Assembly: GCA_973895155.1 (NCBI GenBank)
Contig: OZ316895.1
Span: 12,655,929 to 12,719,928, forward strand
Length of the DNA: 64,000 nt
Direction of reading: 5' to 3'
Source: Marsupella aquatica
Lineage: Eukaryota > Plantae > Marchantiophyta
The position numbers and the translations under genes were made by a program. A model generated the notes under the pieces. The model made no database searches. It was not told the origin of the DNA and saw nothing but the letters and a program-made list of their open reading frames with translations. Below are positions 51,301-64,000 of the stretch, piece after piece (positions within the stretch are counted from its first letter, which is position 1; each line of letters starts with the position of its first letter).

Positions 51301-54300
51301 TAATCCATGCCGATGTTTGCGGGCCAATTAACCCATCGAGCGGACCATTCTGCTACTTTATGGTATTAATCGACGCATCAACTAAATGGTCAAATGTGAC
51401 ACTGCTTTCAACGAGGAACATGGTTATGCCTCGCATTTTGGCGCAAATCTTGTGCGTGAAAGCACAATTCCCAGATCACCCCATTAAGACACTAAGGGTG
51501 GACAATGCAGGGGAATTCACATCCGAAACATTTGATGACTTTTGTACATCACTTGGCATCGACGTACAATATCCTGTACCTCACATGCATTTTCAGAACG
51601 GATTAGCTGAAGCAGTCATAAAACGCCTTCAGTTAATTGCACGCCCATTACTAATGCAGTCAAAACTCCCTGTCTCAGCATGGGGACATGCCATATTACA
51701 GGCTAATGCATTAATCCAATACCGCCCATCGGCCCTTAACACCTATAGCCCATACCAAATTGCTAATGGTATAAAACCTGACTTATCCCACCTTCGTTCA
51801 TTTGGATGTCAAGTAATGGTCCCCATTACTCCACCCAAACGAACCAAGATGGGACCCCAACGATAATTGGGGATATACATCGGATTCGACTCACCGTCTA
51901 TAATCTGATATATGGAGCCTACAACTAGTGACGTTTTTAAAGCCAGATTTCTAGATTGTCATTTTGACGAACATATTTACCCACCATTAATAACCCCTGA
52001 ACACCCACAACCACCTTTGGAGTGGGAAAGACATTCGCCATTTTGGCAAGACCTTAGAACGAATCAAGGTGAGAAAGAAGTTCAACGAATTTTGCAACTC
52101 CACAAGATTGTGGAAGAACTTCCTGACGCTTTCATTGACACATCACAATTTACCCGCTCACATATTCCAGCTGCGAGAGCATCTGCTCGCATCGAATTAT
52201 CAAGTGAGCCAGCAAGTACATCCCAACCTCGTGCAAAACGAGGTAGACCCTTGGGATCAAAAGATAAACAACCACGAAGGCGTGGTTCATCTATACCACC
52301 TTCACCTGATGTCGATCATACCGAATCTACATCCCATGAAGAGATCTCTATCCACTACGCACACACAGGTGCGATGTGGGATAGAAATACTACTTTAATA
52401 GATTATGCTTTTGCATTAATGGTGGCAACACATATCACTGACGATACACCCAAACCAATATCTATCTTAGAATGCCAAAACAGACCAGATTGACCTGAAT
52501 GGCAAAAAGCTATAAATGGAGAATTAGATTCCCTACTCAGCAGACACACTTTTGGCCTAGTCAAGCCAACATTGCAAGACGTACACCTAATTGGCTACAA
52601 GTGGACATTTGTCCGCAAAAGAAATAATAAAGGCCAAGTTGTACGCTATAAAGCACGTCTGGTAGGGAAAGGATTTACACAACAACCGGGAATTCATTAC
52701 GATGAAACTTACTCACCGATTATGGATAGCACAACATTCCGATATCTTATCGGATTTGCCATTTTCCATCAACTACAAATGCGACAACTGGATGTTGCGA
52801 CCGCATATCTATATGGAACTTTAGACACTTGTCTATACATGCGATCACCTCCGGAGTTGGAGCAACGTCGCCGAGCTTTAGCTCAAGGCGCTAAATCGCA
52901 TATCCCATATTTACATAAGATTGTAACACAATTATCTCAAGTTACACCTCATGTATCATCTACACATGTAACTCATAATAATGACACCGCTGTGTCAACC
53001 GTACGGAATACTCGCCGTGGACTAGCTATCCGCGTGTTGAAGGCATTATATGGCCTGAAACAAAGTGGCAGAGTATGGTATCAAAGATTTACTGATGAAA
53101 TGATTGCCATGGGTTTTTCCCATGATGCCATTACACCATGTTTATTTATTAAACATGTGGATGATGAATATGCCATCGTTTCTATTTATGTTGATGACTT
53201 AAATATATTTGGGACACCCCAACTTACTGGAAAACACTATTACCAGTCTTAAATCAACATTTGATATGAAAGACCTTGGACATACAAACTTTTGCTTAGG
53301 CTTACAACTGGAGATCTTACCTATTGGCATGATACTCCACCAAACCACACAAACCGAAAAGATCCTAAAATAGTTCAATATGAACCTAGCACACCCATTG
53401 ACGTCACCAATGGTTGTACGTTCATTAGAAAACACCACTGATATTTTTCGCAAGCACGAAGAACATGAACCACTATTAGGACCAGAAACCCCATACCTTT
53501 CTGCGATAGGAGCATTAATGTACCTAGCAAATCAGACTAGACCAGACATTGCATTTGCAGTTAACTTACTAGCCAGACATAGTGCAACTCCCACAGCCAG
53601 ACATTGGAATGGAGTTAAGCACGTATTTAGATATCTACGTGGAACCACCGATACCGGGTTATTTTACCCATTCGGTGCAAACCACAAGCTCATAGGATAC
53701 ACGGATGCCGGATATCTCTCCGACACTGACACCGCAAAATCCCAAACTGGATATGTTTTTACCATAGGGGGTACCGCTTTTTCTTGGAAAAGCGTGAAAC
53801 AGACCCTAACAGCAACCTCATCGAATCACTCAGAAATCTTAGCTCTACATGAGGCTAGTCGTGAAGCCGTTTGGTTACGATCCTTTATAAATCACATCAA
53901 CACCAAATGCGGCCTACCACCACTAACGAAGCCTACTAACATTTTTGAGGATAACGCAGTATGTATACAGCAGATCACAAAAGGATTCATCAAAGGCGAT
54001 CGCGTGAAGCATATAGCTCCGAAGTTTTTCTACACCCACGAACTACATGGAAAAGAGATCAACATTTTGCAAATTTCAAGTACAGACAACTGTGTGGATC
54101 TCTTCACCAAATCACTACCACCATCAGTTCATCATCGACACTGCCAGGCGATTGGACTGCGGAGCGTGCGACGCATGATGACCGTGGAAGCTGTTGCTCC
54201 ACATGATACTTGATGATGTTGACAACATGATGCTGACGATATACTGTTGACGATCCACCGATGAGACAAATGCTAAAGCTAGATTTACTATAACATCTAA

Positions 54301-54648
54301 CTTTATACACTATTGACATTTAATTACAACGAGGACTGTTAGGCTGCACTCTTTTTCCTTTAGCACTCATTTTTTTCTCTGCTCCATTGGTAGAGTTTTT
54401 ACTAAGCTAGAGTTGATAAAGGTTTTTTAACGAGGCAGTCTACCTCAATTGTACTTATATCATGTATTTCCTATGAACATGATATAATAGGTATAGTCTA
54501 TGTTGTCTATATAGTTGTCACTATATATCCAAAGGGGAGTGTTAGACTCTACCTTTGACTGGACGACCGGACCAGCCGGTCACCCTGGTCCCACTATATG
54601 TACTCCTATTCCCGACTATATATAGGTTCATTCCATTCTATTCTCACA
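48337..54648 (+). mobile_element. Full-length Ty1/copia LTR retrotransposon, Bianca-like, coding region disabled
   Basis: 109-bp LTRs 48337-48445 and 54540-54648 (TG...CA, three mismatches); TSD GAAAT both sides; PBS CGTTATCAGCACGA; PPT AAGGGGAG; domain order gag-PR-INT-RT-RH. Confidence 0.97.
49527..54213 (+). pseudogene. gag-pol of the copia element with at least eight nonsense codons and one frameshift
   Basis: gag LTFPALEIDGGNYLEW, zinc knuckle CHACGMTNHLARNC, protease CIIDSATTH, integrase WHARLGHP/IHADVCGP/RVDNAGEF/QNGLAE, RT LYGLKQSGR/IYVDDL, RNase H FEDNAVCI/IKGDRVKHIAPKFF; frame changes near 53230-53250. Confidence 0.95.
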
Positions 54649-54974
54649 GAAATTGTGATTTTAATTGAATAGAGCTCCTGTTGCAGTAGGGTGCCTCTAC
54701 TCTGGAGAGTCTTTATGGGGGACAACTGGACAGTATCGGTTCAAAAGCAAAGCACAACTGAATATTCTAATAAAAAATGTTGTCTCTGTGAGATTGAATT
54801 CAAAGCAGATTCCAATATTGTACATCATGAGGGGTCTTATGAAATTTTTTGCCATCTAAATTCAAATACAACTCATGTCTACTTTACTATAGGCCCCCTT
54901 GGGCCTTCTATTCTATTTGAGTAAAACAATCCAGCCATTCTTTTTGGGAGTAGACGGTAGTATCTTGCCACTTG

Positions 54975-55375
54975 GACAAGGGGATGGGAGTGAAACTCGC
55001 CACAATGGTCTCATGGATCCATATACTAGCACCCACTCTGTCTCATTTCTGGGCAAGGCCATTCTTTTTAGGGGAAGACAGTGGTGTCTCACCACTTACA
55101 TGAGGGGATGAGAGTGAGACTCACCTTAATGGTGTCATGAAACCACACACTAGCTGCCCACGTGTACTCTTTTCAGAAACACTTCGTGGGCAGTGCAAAT
55201 TCCTTTTGTTGGACGACATACTGACTTGGATGAGGGGATGGGAGTGAGACTTACCACAATGGTGCCATGCAATCGCACTCCGGCACCCGCTGCATCCTCA
55301 TTTCAAAAACACTTCCCTGGGCGTGGAAGATGTAGCGACTTGGATGAGGGGGTGGGGGTGAGACTCGCTACAATT
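54975..55375. repeat. Four dispersed copies of gaggggatgggagtgagactc(g/a)ccacaatggt
   Basis: Copies near 54979, 55102, 55232 and 55346. Confidence 0.8.
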
Positions 55376-55852
55376 GGGGGTCTCAAATATGGGGCCCTCA
55401 TAGGTATTCCCGGGAGGTTACCATTGCCCATGAGGAGGCCTGCAGCCAAGTCTAGCCGTAATGAGTAATTTTTGCACCTCAAGTTTTTGAGGCCTCAGCC
55501 TAGGGAGACATGGGTGTGTGGTAACTTACTTGAGTAGTGACTCATAAGTATTGGGTTCAAAAGTTATATGACTGATCCCTTTTGATTTCTTTAAAATTAA
55601 AAGGTTTTTGAGGTCCCTATGTGTGACTTCCCGGTGGAGAAACTACTCGTGAGGGTCGAGAACACCCTCAGCACACAAAAGAGTGAGTAAACACGGCCCT
55701 GGCTGGTGAGTTCAAACTTGGCAAGTGGTGACGTCCGAACCAATCTGTCTTGAAAATCGCGAAACCCAGAGGAGGGGTGCGGGCTAGCTTTGAGGGTGTC
55801 CCGCACAGTTTTGGGCTACATCCGCCCGCAGAACTGCCCCATAACGTATAGG

Positions 55853-55969
55853 ATTAAGGGCTCTGCCCATCCCATAATGGGGTATAGGGTCGAGCGTATG
55901 TGGAGGCCCTGTGGGCCGACGCATACGCATAGACCCGTACCCCATTATGGGGAGGGCCGAGCCCCTAAT
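55853..55969. repeat. 117-bp imperfect palindrome (foldback)
   Basis: attaagggctctgcccatcccataatggggtatagggtcgagcgtatg pairs with catacgcatagacccgtaccccattatggggagggccgagcccctaat. Confidence 0.9.
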
Positions 55970-55974
55970 CAACG

Positions 55975-58900
55975 TTAAGGATCAAAATGAACGACGAAGA
56001 TTACATCGGGAGGAATGGATGGCCTTCCAAGCGTCGTGCTATGTCAGGGTCGTGAAAACTGATGGACAGCTCCGATTGAAAGGAGCTAGGGTGGGCTAAT
56101 CGAACGGCTTAGGTCAAATGCCAACCAAAGGCCGCCAGCTATATGGCGCTCACTATTCAGGTATTTGTCATTATGTCGCAGATGTTCTGTAGATTTGTAG
56201 ATTGGTGTTGCGCTCCCGGTGCACTGCGCTCTTGAGTTGTCGTGTAGACTTCGTGTTGCCAGCAGCTCACTATCGGGAGATTGATTGATTTCGCTACTCA
56301 CATTGCTGCATGTTACCTTCGACTATTGATGCGCGACTGGAGGTTGGCGAGCCGGAGGTGTTGGAGGGCCGGGTCACACTATTGCTTGCAGATTTGTTTG
56401 TGCATTGGTTTGTGTTGATAAATCACGTCGCATTCTCCGTTTGATGACGTTGTTTGGTCTAAATTCATGGATTGTTGTGTGCGCCTACAAGGTGCCGAGC
56501 GGGAAGCATTGGAGGACGAGTTGAATGCTCTTGCCATCGGTTCTTGTTGCCGATTCTAGCCATGGATTGTACACGTATGTGGAGGTTGGCGGGCCAGAGG
56601 CGCTGAGAGGGCTGGGTCACATTCGTCTTGCTATGCTTGCTAACTCATTTTCTTATCTGCAATCTGGTCATTATCGCTTTATCTGCTCTAACTGCTATTG
56701 CCATGGACTGTCCATGTGCAATTGCAGGTTGGTGAATTGAAGCTGTTGGAGGACCTCCTAGTTTGTGCATTGTTGATTTGGATGGACAGGCCATCATTTA
56801 GCATAGGGATGTTGATGATGAAAGGCGCTGCTATCGTTGACGACACAATGAGTAGTTCCTCGAATGATTGCACATTTGGTGACAGTTGTATGGCGGAGCT
56901 GCAACAGCTGAATGCGAGTTTAGACAGCTTACATGTAGATGAGCGTCCCAAGAAAGACCCGATTGTGATCGAAGTTCAGGGCTAGGCAGTTGTAGAGTTT
57001 CTTGTAGAAGATCCACAGTTCCAAAAGACCCTTGCCGAGGGCGGTTCTAACCCAAGCGCTCCTGTGGATCGATGGGCAGTCAATCGATTGACTCGATTTC
57101 GAGAGTTTAAAGGGTGGGATGCCAGTGTTCCATTCGAGGATCTCTCTTTGGCTGAATGTGCATCAATCCTAATCAAGTTTTTTGAGCAGATTTGTAAGAA
57201 GGACGACAGCTTATATCCGACCCAGACATTAATGGGACTGTACCATGCATTTCATCAAGTATTGAGGCGCCGACAGGAAGTTCGAATTGTACAAACAGGG
57301 ATGGACGAGCCCATCTTTCATATGCGCGAGAGTCCTCTGTTTAAGCAAGTTGGCATTGCTTGCGTGTTAGCGATGGAACGGTCAAGATCTAATGGTGCTA
57401 ATTTGCCTTGCAAAAAGGCATCTGTCATCTCATTGGCTGATGAGGCCACTATATTATCTCACCCTTGCACAACCACTATTTACCCTCGTGACCTACAGCG
57501 TCGTGCAGTGTATTTCCTTCTGTTTCGATTTGCCATTCGTGGAGGTGATGAGTTGCATCGGTTGGCGAAGACAGACTTTGAAATTGGATGCAATGAGACT
57601 GGACAGTTCGTAAGATATGATGAGCGTCTATCAAAGAACTACAAAGTTGGTCTTGATCGGTATCAGGATGAGCATTTTTGGCCTGCTGTAACCAACTACA
57701 ATAGTTCCATGGTTGAGACGGTCGAGAGTTTGATTTCTCATTTGCCTGTTGCAGGCATATTTCTATTTTACCAATGCATAGATAGCCCTCAGACTCATGC
57801 ATGGTACTCGACTCAACGCGTGTCTGTGAAGAAGTTGAGTGGTATTCTCAAGGAGATTCATCGGGAGTGTGGTTTGGTTACAGATGGTGTCACTAACAAA
57901 TCTGGCAGGACCACTTGTGTGACTCGCATGGTGACTGAAGGCATTCCTGCAGAAGTTGGGATGATTATCATAGGCCATAAGAGCCAAGGTGCCTACGCCC
58001 GATACGATCGCAGCACAGAGTCGAAGGTTATAGCAGCCCAGAAATGTGCCAGTGGCTCATCCAGTTTTGAAGCAAATTTTCATGAGGAGACAAAACGCTT
58101 CAAGCAGAAGGTGGTCAATGGAGATGATGACGATGTCTCGCCTCACAAACGCAAGAAGGGAGGTGAAGGTAATCTTGTGGAATCTTTGTAATGTCGATCG
58201 ATTCGCAGCCTTTTGATATTGTCTGCTAAATATCTGCAACCACTAATTAGTGTAATTTTGCGACCTGGTGCAGATATGGCTCCGCCTGGTGCAGACATTG
58301 CTCCAACAACGGGTCCAGCAGAGATTCAGACCCCTGCCACAACTGAGATGATGACTCCTCTAAATGAGATGGTTCCTATGGTGATTGAGTTGGCTCCCTT
58401 AACTGAGAGTGAATTATCTTGTGATGTGAATGCAGATGGAGAGGTCGACTGGAGGGATGACGGATGGGTTGACGACTACAACTAGGATGAGCATTTTGAG
58501 AACTTGCGGCCGAGCTCTGTTGTTGTTAATCCAGTGCAGGCACTCTTCACTAAAGTGCAGTCCATCAACAATTGCACTATTTTGATTTCTATTGGGAAGT
58601 TAGGGAACTAGGGAACTAATGTCAGTCGTAGTTACTAGCTTGTAGACATAGGCTTATACCGTCTTGAGTGTAGAACTCATTGTAGTTGGCCCGCATGGCA
58701 TTGTGCTCAGTACTTACGAGGCATATTAGACATAGATATTATAGCCTGAACACGGGTTTTGTCAAACAACCCTCAATCAATCATGTATATACATAGGTTT
58801 TATACCGTCTTGAATTGGTCATATGACCCTTATTGATGTAATTCTTTCCTGTTATCAATAAAGTTTCAAGTCTCTCCACCGCTGGAGTTTTCATTTTCAA

Positions 58901-59033
58901 AAAAAGTTATGTTGGCCGTATGTGAACCATATAAATATACGGTATAAAATAATGAGATATCATCCACCCAAAAAGTGCTAACCTGGCAGAGCCTAAAGCC
59001 CCAAAAAACATTACACCCACCCAATGACCTTAA
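55975..59033 (+). mobile_element. Crypton-like tyrosine-recombinase DNA transposon (boundaries tentative)
   Basis: Encloses a lone tyrosine recombinase gene with no RT or RNase H; candidate ends GTTAAGGATCA (55974-55984) and TGACCTTAAC (59025-59034), each containing TTAA. Confidence 0.6.
56809..58611 (+). pseudogene. DUF3504/Crypton-type tyrosine recombinase with two premature stops; probable intron 58169-58273
   Basis: FAIRGGDE (R at 57538), ERLSKNY, VTNKSGRTT, IGHKSQGAYARY (Y at 58003) give the R-K-(H/K)xxR-H-Y catalytic set; in-frame TAG at 56983 and 58483; C-terminal SINNCTILISI. Start codon uncertain. Confidence 0.85.
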
Positions 59034-59816
59034 CAGTGTCATGTCATGGAACCCCATACTGGCCGCCCCTGCGTCGCTTCAAGGGCCTGGCCCGCAACGA
59101 TACGATAGGGAATCGAATCGTCCATCCCACGCTGTTGTTGCCAGGCGGAGGATCGGATCAGATCGGATCAGATCCGCTCCGCTCATTCGCCGCGCCCTCT
59201 CTCTCTCTCTCTCCTCTCCTCTCTCTTCTCTCGTCTCCTCTCGTCTCCTCTCCTCTCCGCTCGTTCGTATATAAGCTCCACTTCTTCGTATATAAGCGCC
59301 GCTTCCGTGTCTCATTGTTCGCGCGGTGCGTTTAGAGGAGAAGAGAAGAGACGAGAGCAGAAGAGGGAGCATCGCTCTCGTGTCCTGCCCCCTTCCTTCC
59401 TTCCTTTCCTTCCTCGTGCTTTTGTCACGAGGACCAAACAGCTTACTGCCAATCGAGCAAAGCGAGCAGCAGCAGTAGTGTAGGGCGGAGTAGAGGAGGG
59501 CTGAAGATGGGTTTTATTATCATTACTGGCAAATCAAGTTACTGAGTTTTCTAAGTCCGAGAAGAAAGCCTGCATGTCCGGTGGAGCATCTGCCGCCGAG
59601 AAGGTTGCCAGTGATCCCCTGAGCAGTAGGCTGGAAGGAGCAGCAGCACTGGCTATATAAGCGGAGGAAGGAGTCCGAGACAAGTTCTTGCTTGCTTTGC
59701 TCGCTTGCTGCTTTCTCGGCGAGGAGCCGAGGGAGGAGGAGGAGGAGGAGAAAACTTCAAAGGATTGAAGGGCAGAAAAGCAGTAAGCGAAGTGCATAAA
59801 GGAATACGACGACGCG

Positions 59817-59819
<3 letters not shown>

Positions 59820-59856
<37 letters not shown>
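59820..59856 (+). repeat. (GA)n microsatellite in the TFIIA-gamma leader
   Basis: About 18 uninterrupted GA units. Confidence 0.95.
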
Positions 59857-59860
<4 letters not shown>

Positions 59861-59909
59861 GTTTTAGGCTGCTCTAGCTGCCGTACCTGCCTGAAACAAG
59901 GAGGGAGGG

Positions 59910-62881
59910 ATGGGTAGCTATGAACTCTACCGCAAGTCTTCAATTGGCATGAGCCTCACAGACGCCCTCGACGAGCTCGTCACCAACGGCACCATCTCGC
60001 CTCTCCTCGCTGTCAAAGTGCTGATGCAATTTGATAAGGTAGGTCGGTGGTCCGCCAGGCAAGCCACTCTCTGTCTCGCTCTCCCCTTTTCTCTCTCCCT
60101 TCCTCTCTAGCGCTTTGCCGCTCTTAGTAGAGCCACCGGCTGCTGAATCCCGTTTATTGGCCTGCAGTTGCATTTGGACGCTGACACTGCAAGTCCTTTC
60201 CCTCGTTCTCCTTCATAGTGCACATGACCTCATATTTTTCCTGCTCAGCCGATCCACATTGAATAGGGCGGATGTGAAGTGTACAATCTTGTTGGCACTG
60301 CCCAGCAGATGACGTTCATGCTACGATTTCAGTTTGACCAGTACCTCCTATGACATTGAGAAGGCGAAGTTGAGTTGTGCTGTTGGTCATTTGGTCCGTG
60401 TAGATCGCTCTTCGCCTACTCCATCTCCGGCGATCTGCATTCTTGCTAGTGTTACGCCGCACGATCTCCGTGTGAGCATCGCCGCATACTTCCTCTCCTG
60501 CGCATTGTGTGACACATGTTATTCTGTCGCCAGGCCGGTGTCAAGAGTAGATGGCCGAGAGCATATCACGGTAATTATCTAGCAGGAAGGCCTGAAGATG
60601 ACGTTGATCCTCAAGAACACTGATGATACAATGACCGTGGAAGGGTGTGCACATTTCACTAGTCTGACGATGTACTTTAGAATCTCAAAATCCTCGTGCC
60701 AGCTCTATGTGGGAAAACGAATTGTAGCTTCCTGACTGAACGTAATCGTAGCAGTGAGATCCTTCCACAGAAAATTGCCTGATATTCGTTTCCTTTTGCC
60801 TACCGAGGAATGGTGGTGAGGTCTGTCGATGATCACCCAGATTCCTTGGACTAGATTATCCACCATATTGCATCTGCCTGTTCTGTATCCAGTGCCTAGA
60901 TAAAGTTGCTCTCGTCTTCAAGCGTTAGAGAAGTAGGTTAGCAGTTTAGGTTGTATTTAGAATCTCTGGCCGTGTCGCATACGCTGAAGAATTTTAGAGT
61001 TCCTGAACTAGTGTCCCTATCCAAAACACGGATCTTCCATCTTTTGTTTAGCCGAATCACCTGTATTTTCGCCCGTGGGTGTTTCAATGAAGATCGCCTA
61101 CTTTGGCACTTCAGACTATAAGTCACAACTCTTGCTTTATGTGTCTTTAGGATCTTTGTTTAACCTATTGTGGAGAATCCGGAGTAACAGCAGTCCGTCA
61201 CAAATGCTTTATATACTTTTCTAGTTTTGTAGAGTCCCACTTGAGACTATAAATTACAACTCTAGCTATTCGTTTGCCTTTGGGATTGTTACTTACAGTA
61301 TTGTGGAGACTCCGGAATAGCAGCAGTGAGTCACAAGGGCCTTATATACCTTTCTAGTTATGTTTTGGAGTCCTGTAAAAGCTTGCTGATGGCCTCTTCA
61401 CATTTTCGTCTGCAGTCTATGAATGATGCGCTATCACAGAAGGTGAAGGCGAAGACAAATTTCAAGGTGAGAAACGTCTGTACTTTTCTTGTCCAGAATC
61501 CAGGCGATATTTCCACATACCCACTTCTATGTAAATCCGAGGTTTACATGAATAGCTTAATTTTGTGTGTTTCATGAATGGATTCTATCCCGAAACGATG
61601 CAAAAACCAAACCGTGAAAATGTTAAAGATTACCTTGTCGAGTAAACCCAACTAGTTGAATGCCTCATTCTTAAGTTGATTCGATTCTTTGCTACAACTT
61701 GATCTGCTAAATGGTACAATTCTGTGAGACAGCTGGAGATCCTAAGAGCGAGAACTGATGCCTTTCATGAGTAGAGGATGCACGATGTAGCTTTGATCAG
61801 TCTCCCAGATCTAATCAAAATCTTTTGGTTAGGACTGAAAATAGCTTCAGTGCTTCTCCAGCGTTGCCATTAACATCGACCCACCGATCGATAGAAGGGG
61901 TGAATGTTGTTCCTTCCGTGAGAGGTTGGGGTTATTCTCCCTTCATGACAGTGCCCCGTTCCAATTTGGAAGGGTCTGGAAGGTCAGGAGAGGAAGCTAA
62001 CGTCAAGCTTGCATTTTTTGGAGTATGCTCCCTCTCGCATGGTTTTGACTGACCACGCTTTTCTATCGTATGCCCACATTAGGCAATATGCTCTCGATAC
62101 TTGCCACAGATTTATGACCTATAAATATTTTAAGAGAAGGCTAGAGAGTGAGTGCAGTTCCTTGAAATGCCACTAATGGAAACATGTAGCAAGCGACTGA
62201 TCGGAACACGAAGTAATCGCAGCTGATCAATCGTAGGGGCAGGATCAGAATAGAGCAGTGTCCATAAACAGGTAGTGGAAGGGGCTTGGACGTGCTAGGG
62301 GATATGGGACGTAAATTGCGTTACATTCCCTTCCTTTTCATGGTGATAGTTGGCGTAAAAGTGTAGTATGCTTTTTATCTGGTCTAGCATAGACGAGTGG
62401 GCTGGAAAGTCTCCTAGGATTCAATAGCGTCTATTTTTATCAGTGATGATCATGGGCAGAGTAAATCCAGTGAATTTTATTTCATCAGTGGCCAGGATTA
62501 ACACAGCGAAAATGATGGATCTCGTCGATGAATATAGAGCGTCGGAGGTCATTTTGGGGCTGAGAACCACTTACTATGCCAAAGAAGTTCTTTCAGGGAC
62601 GAGGCATGCCCGAGTCTTTTGTCTGTGGTCGTCAATAACTTACAACAAGTGTGTCGTCTCATTTGAGTGATATTATTCGCGATATGTATAGACTGAGATA
62701 CAGAGCTGATTGTTCTTTGTTTGTCATCGATGATCTGCAGGGTCACTTGCACACATATCGATTTTGTGACAATGTTTGGACGTTCATTCTAGAAAAGGCC
62801 GAATTCAAGATTGAAGGTGAGAAGGTTAACGTGGACCGGGTGAAGATTGTTGCCTGTGATGCAAAAATTATATCTCGTTGA
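59910..62881 (+). CDS. TFIIA-S: Transcription initiation factor IIA gamma (small) subunit, 106 aa; exons 59910-60038, 61416-61466, 62741-62881
   Basis: [24 protein letters not shown]...VLMQFDK|[17 protein letters not shown]|[18 protein letters not shown]...[12 protein letters not shown]; two phase-0 GT-AG introns; 43+17+46 = 106 aa. Confidence 0.98.
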
Positions 62882-64000
62882 CGAGGATACGGAGTTCGTC
62901 GGGCCCTTCGAGGATATTGAGCTTCCTTTATGAAGTCAGCCTATTGTTCCATTGGCACAGTGCACAGAAGTACCGCTGGATGACGAGTCCCCTTCCATCG
63001 CACTGAAGCTTTATTTTGAGAAAAAAATCAATACCCAGGATCAGGAATTGTGTATATCACTGAATGTGGGATCAATTGTCAGCGATTTTTGGCTGACTAA
63101 AGGAAAACAAAGGCTGGCGCCTGCAAGTCTAGGGGAAGTAGTTGCTAGTGCTTTTGGCAGGCTATTTTCTGAATCTTATAAACAAAGGATTCAAACATTG
63201 TTGTCAAAATGTCCAGGTAAGCTAGTAGACTTGATGTAGCTAGAGTTATGGTTTGGGTCCTGTGAGGTGGGACAGCCGCTCTCTGGCTTCTGCTAGTTTT
63301 GTTAGGAGAGGAAGATTGGATTATGTTTGTAGTGACATTGTTGCCTCCTACACTGGAGTCAAGAAGAGCGGGGAGGGTTTTGGGAGGCAGGGGGAGGGGG
63401 GGCGCAAGATCATTTTCTCGGGATTTCACCGAAGCATTGTACACCCCGAATTAGTAAAGCTTCATCATGTAAGAGCACGCATTTATGTTTGACGGCCCAC
63501 CCAACGGCAGGTCCGTGACAAGGACATAAATATTGTCATTCATTTACTTCATATATGGTTGCCCTTTGACAGAAACTATACTTGTGGATAGAAACTACAC
63601 TAATTACCGAATTAGTACCATAACCTGTTTCTACTGTACTGAGGTATATGCTTTGTTTCCTGGACTGTACGAAGCATAGTTAATCAGACTGTTTTGGAAG
63701 ATCCGTTGAGTCTATTATGAATGTAACCTTTGATACCATGCAGAAGTCGGACAGAGGACTGGTCATGCTGTATTTTATGGTGGGTTGGCTTGGTCCTATC
63801 TGTACCAAATGGCTTGGTCTGGTTGTACCACCAAATGAGATTGTCAAATCATGGTGAAGAATGGGTTTGAGCAAGGATGAGGACGGGCAATGTGCAATTC
63901 AACAGCATCTTAGTTTCTGGACGAACAGATACCCTTAACAGTCGCAGATGGATCCTCGTAATCGTTCCAATTGTATATCATGAGACCTGGCCTGGTCAAG

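Noticed and set aside
57064-58191. Prophage integrase or bacterial contamination
   Set aside because: Motifs are of the eukaryotic DUF3504 type, a spliceosomal intron is probable, and the flanks are plant genes and plant TEs.
60595-60670. Intronic C/D-box snoRNA in TFIIA-gamma intron 1 (TGATGA...CTGA)
   Set aside because: Boxes are under 50 nt apart with no clear terminal stem or recognisable rRNA guide; similarity to the duplicate reflects recent copying only.

Overview
Eukaryotic nuclear DNA from a land plant, most likely a seed-free plant such as a bryophyte (inferred from gene content, GT-AG introns and TE types). Host genes: the 3' part of a large G/P/R-rich protein resembling HIZ2/At5g53440, a frameshifted germin-like gene, a 6-exon solanesyl diphosphate synthase, an LPA1-like DUF3493 gene, an intronless LHC-like (SEP-type) gene and TFIIA-gamma. 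Mobile DNA is diverse: a 446-bp TRIM whose LTRs carry a tRNA-like cloverleaf, a 5'-truncated restriction-endonuclease LINE, a ~7.5-kb two-gene PIF/Harbinger element, three short Helitrons, MITE-like foldbacks, a complete but stop-riddled Ty1/copia (Bianca-like) element, and a ~3-kb Crypton-like element encoding a DUF3504-type tyrosine recombinase. A 2-kb piece of the TFIIA-gamma gene has been copied into the 5' end of the SEP-like gene between 158-bp direct repeats. All family assignments come from motif recognition by eye; no database searches were run.
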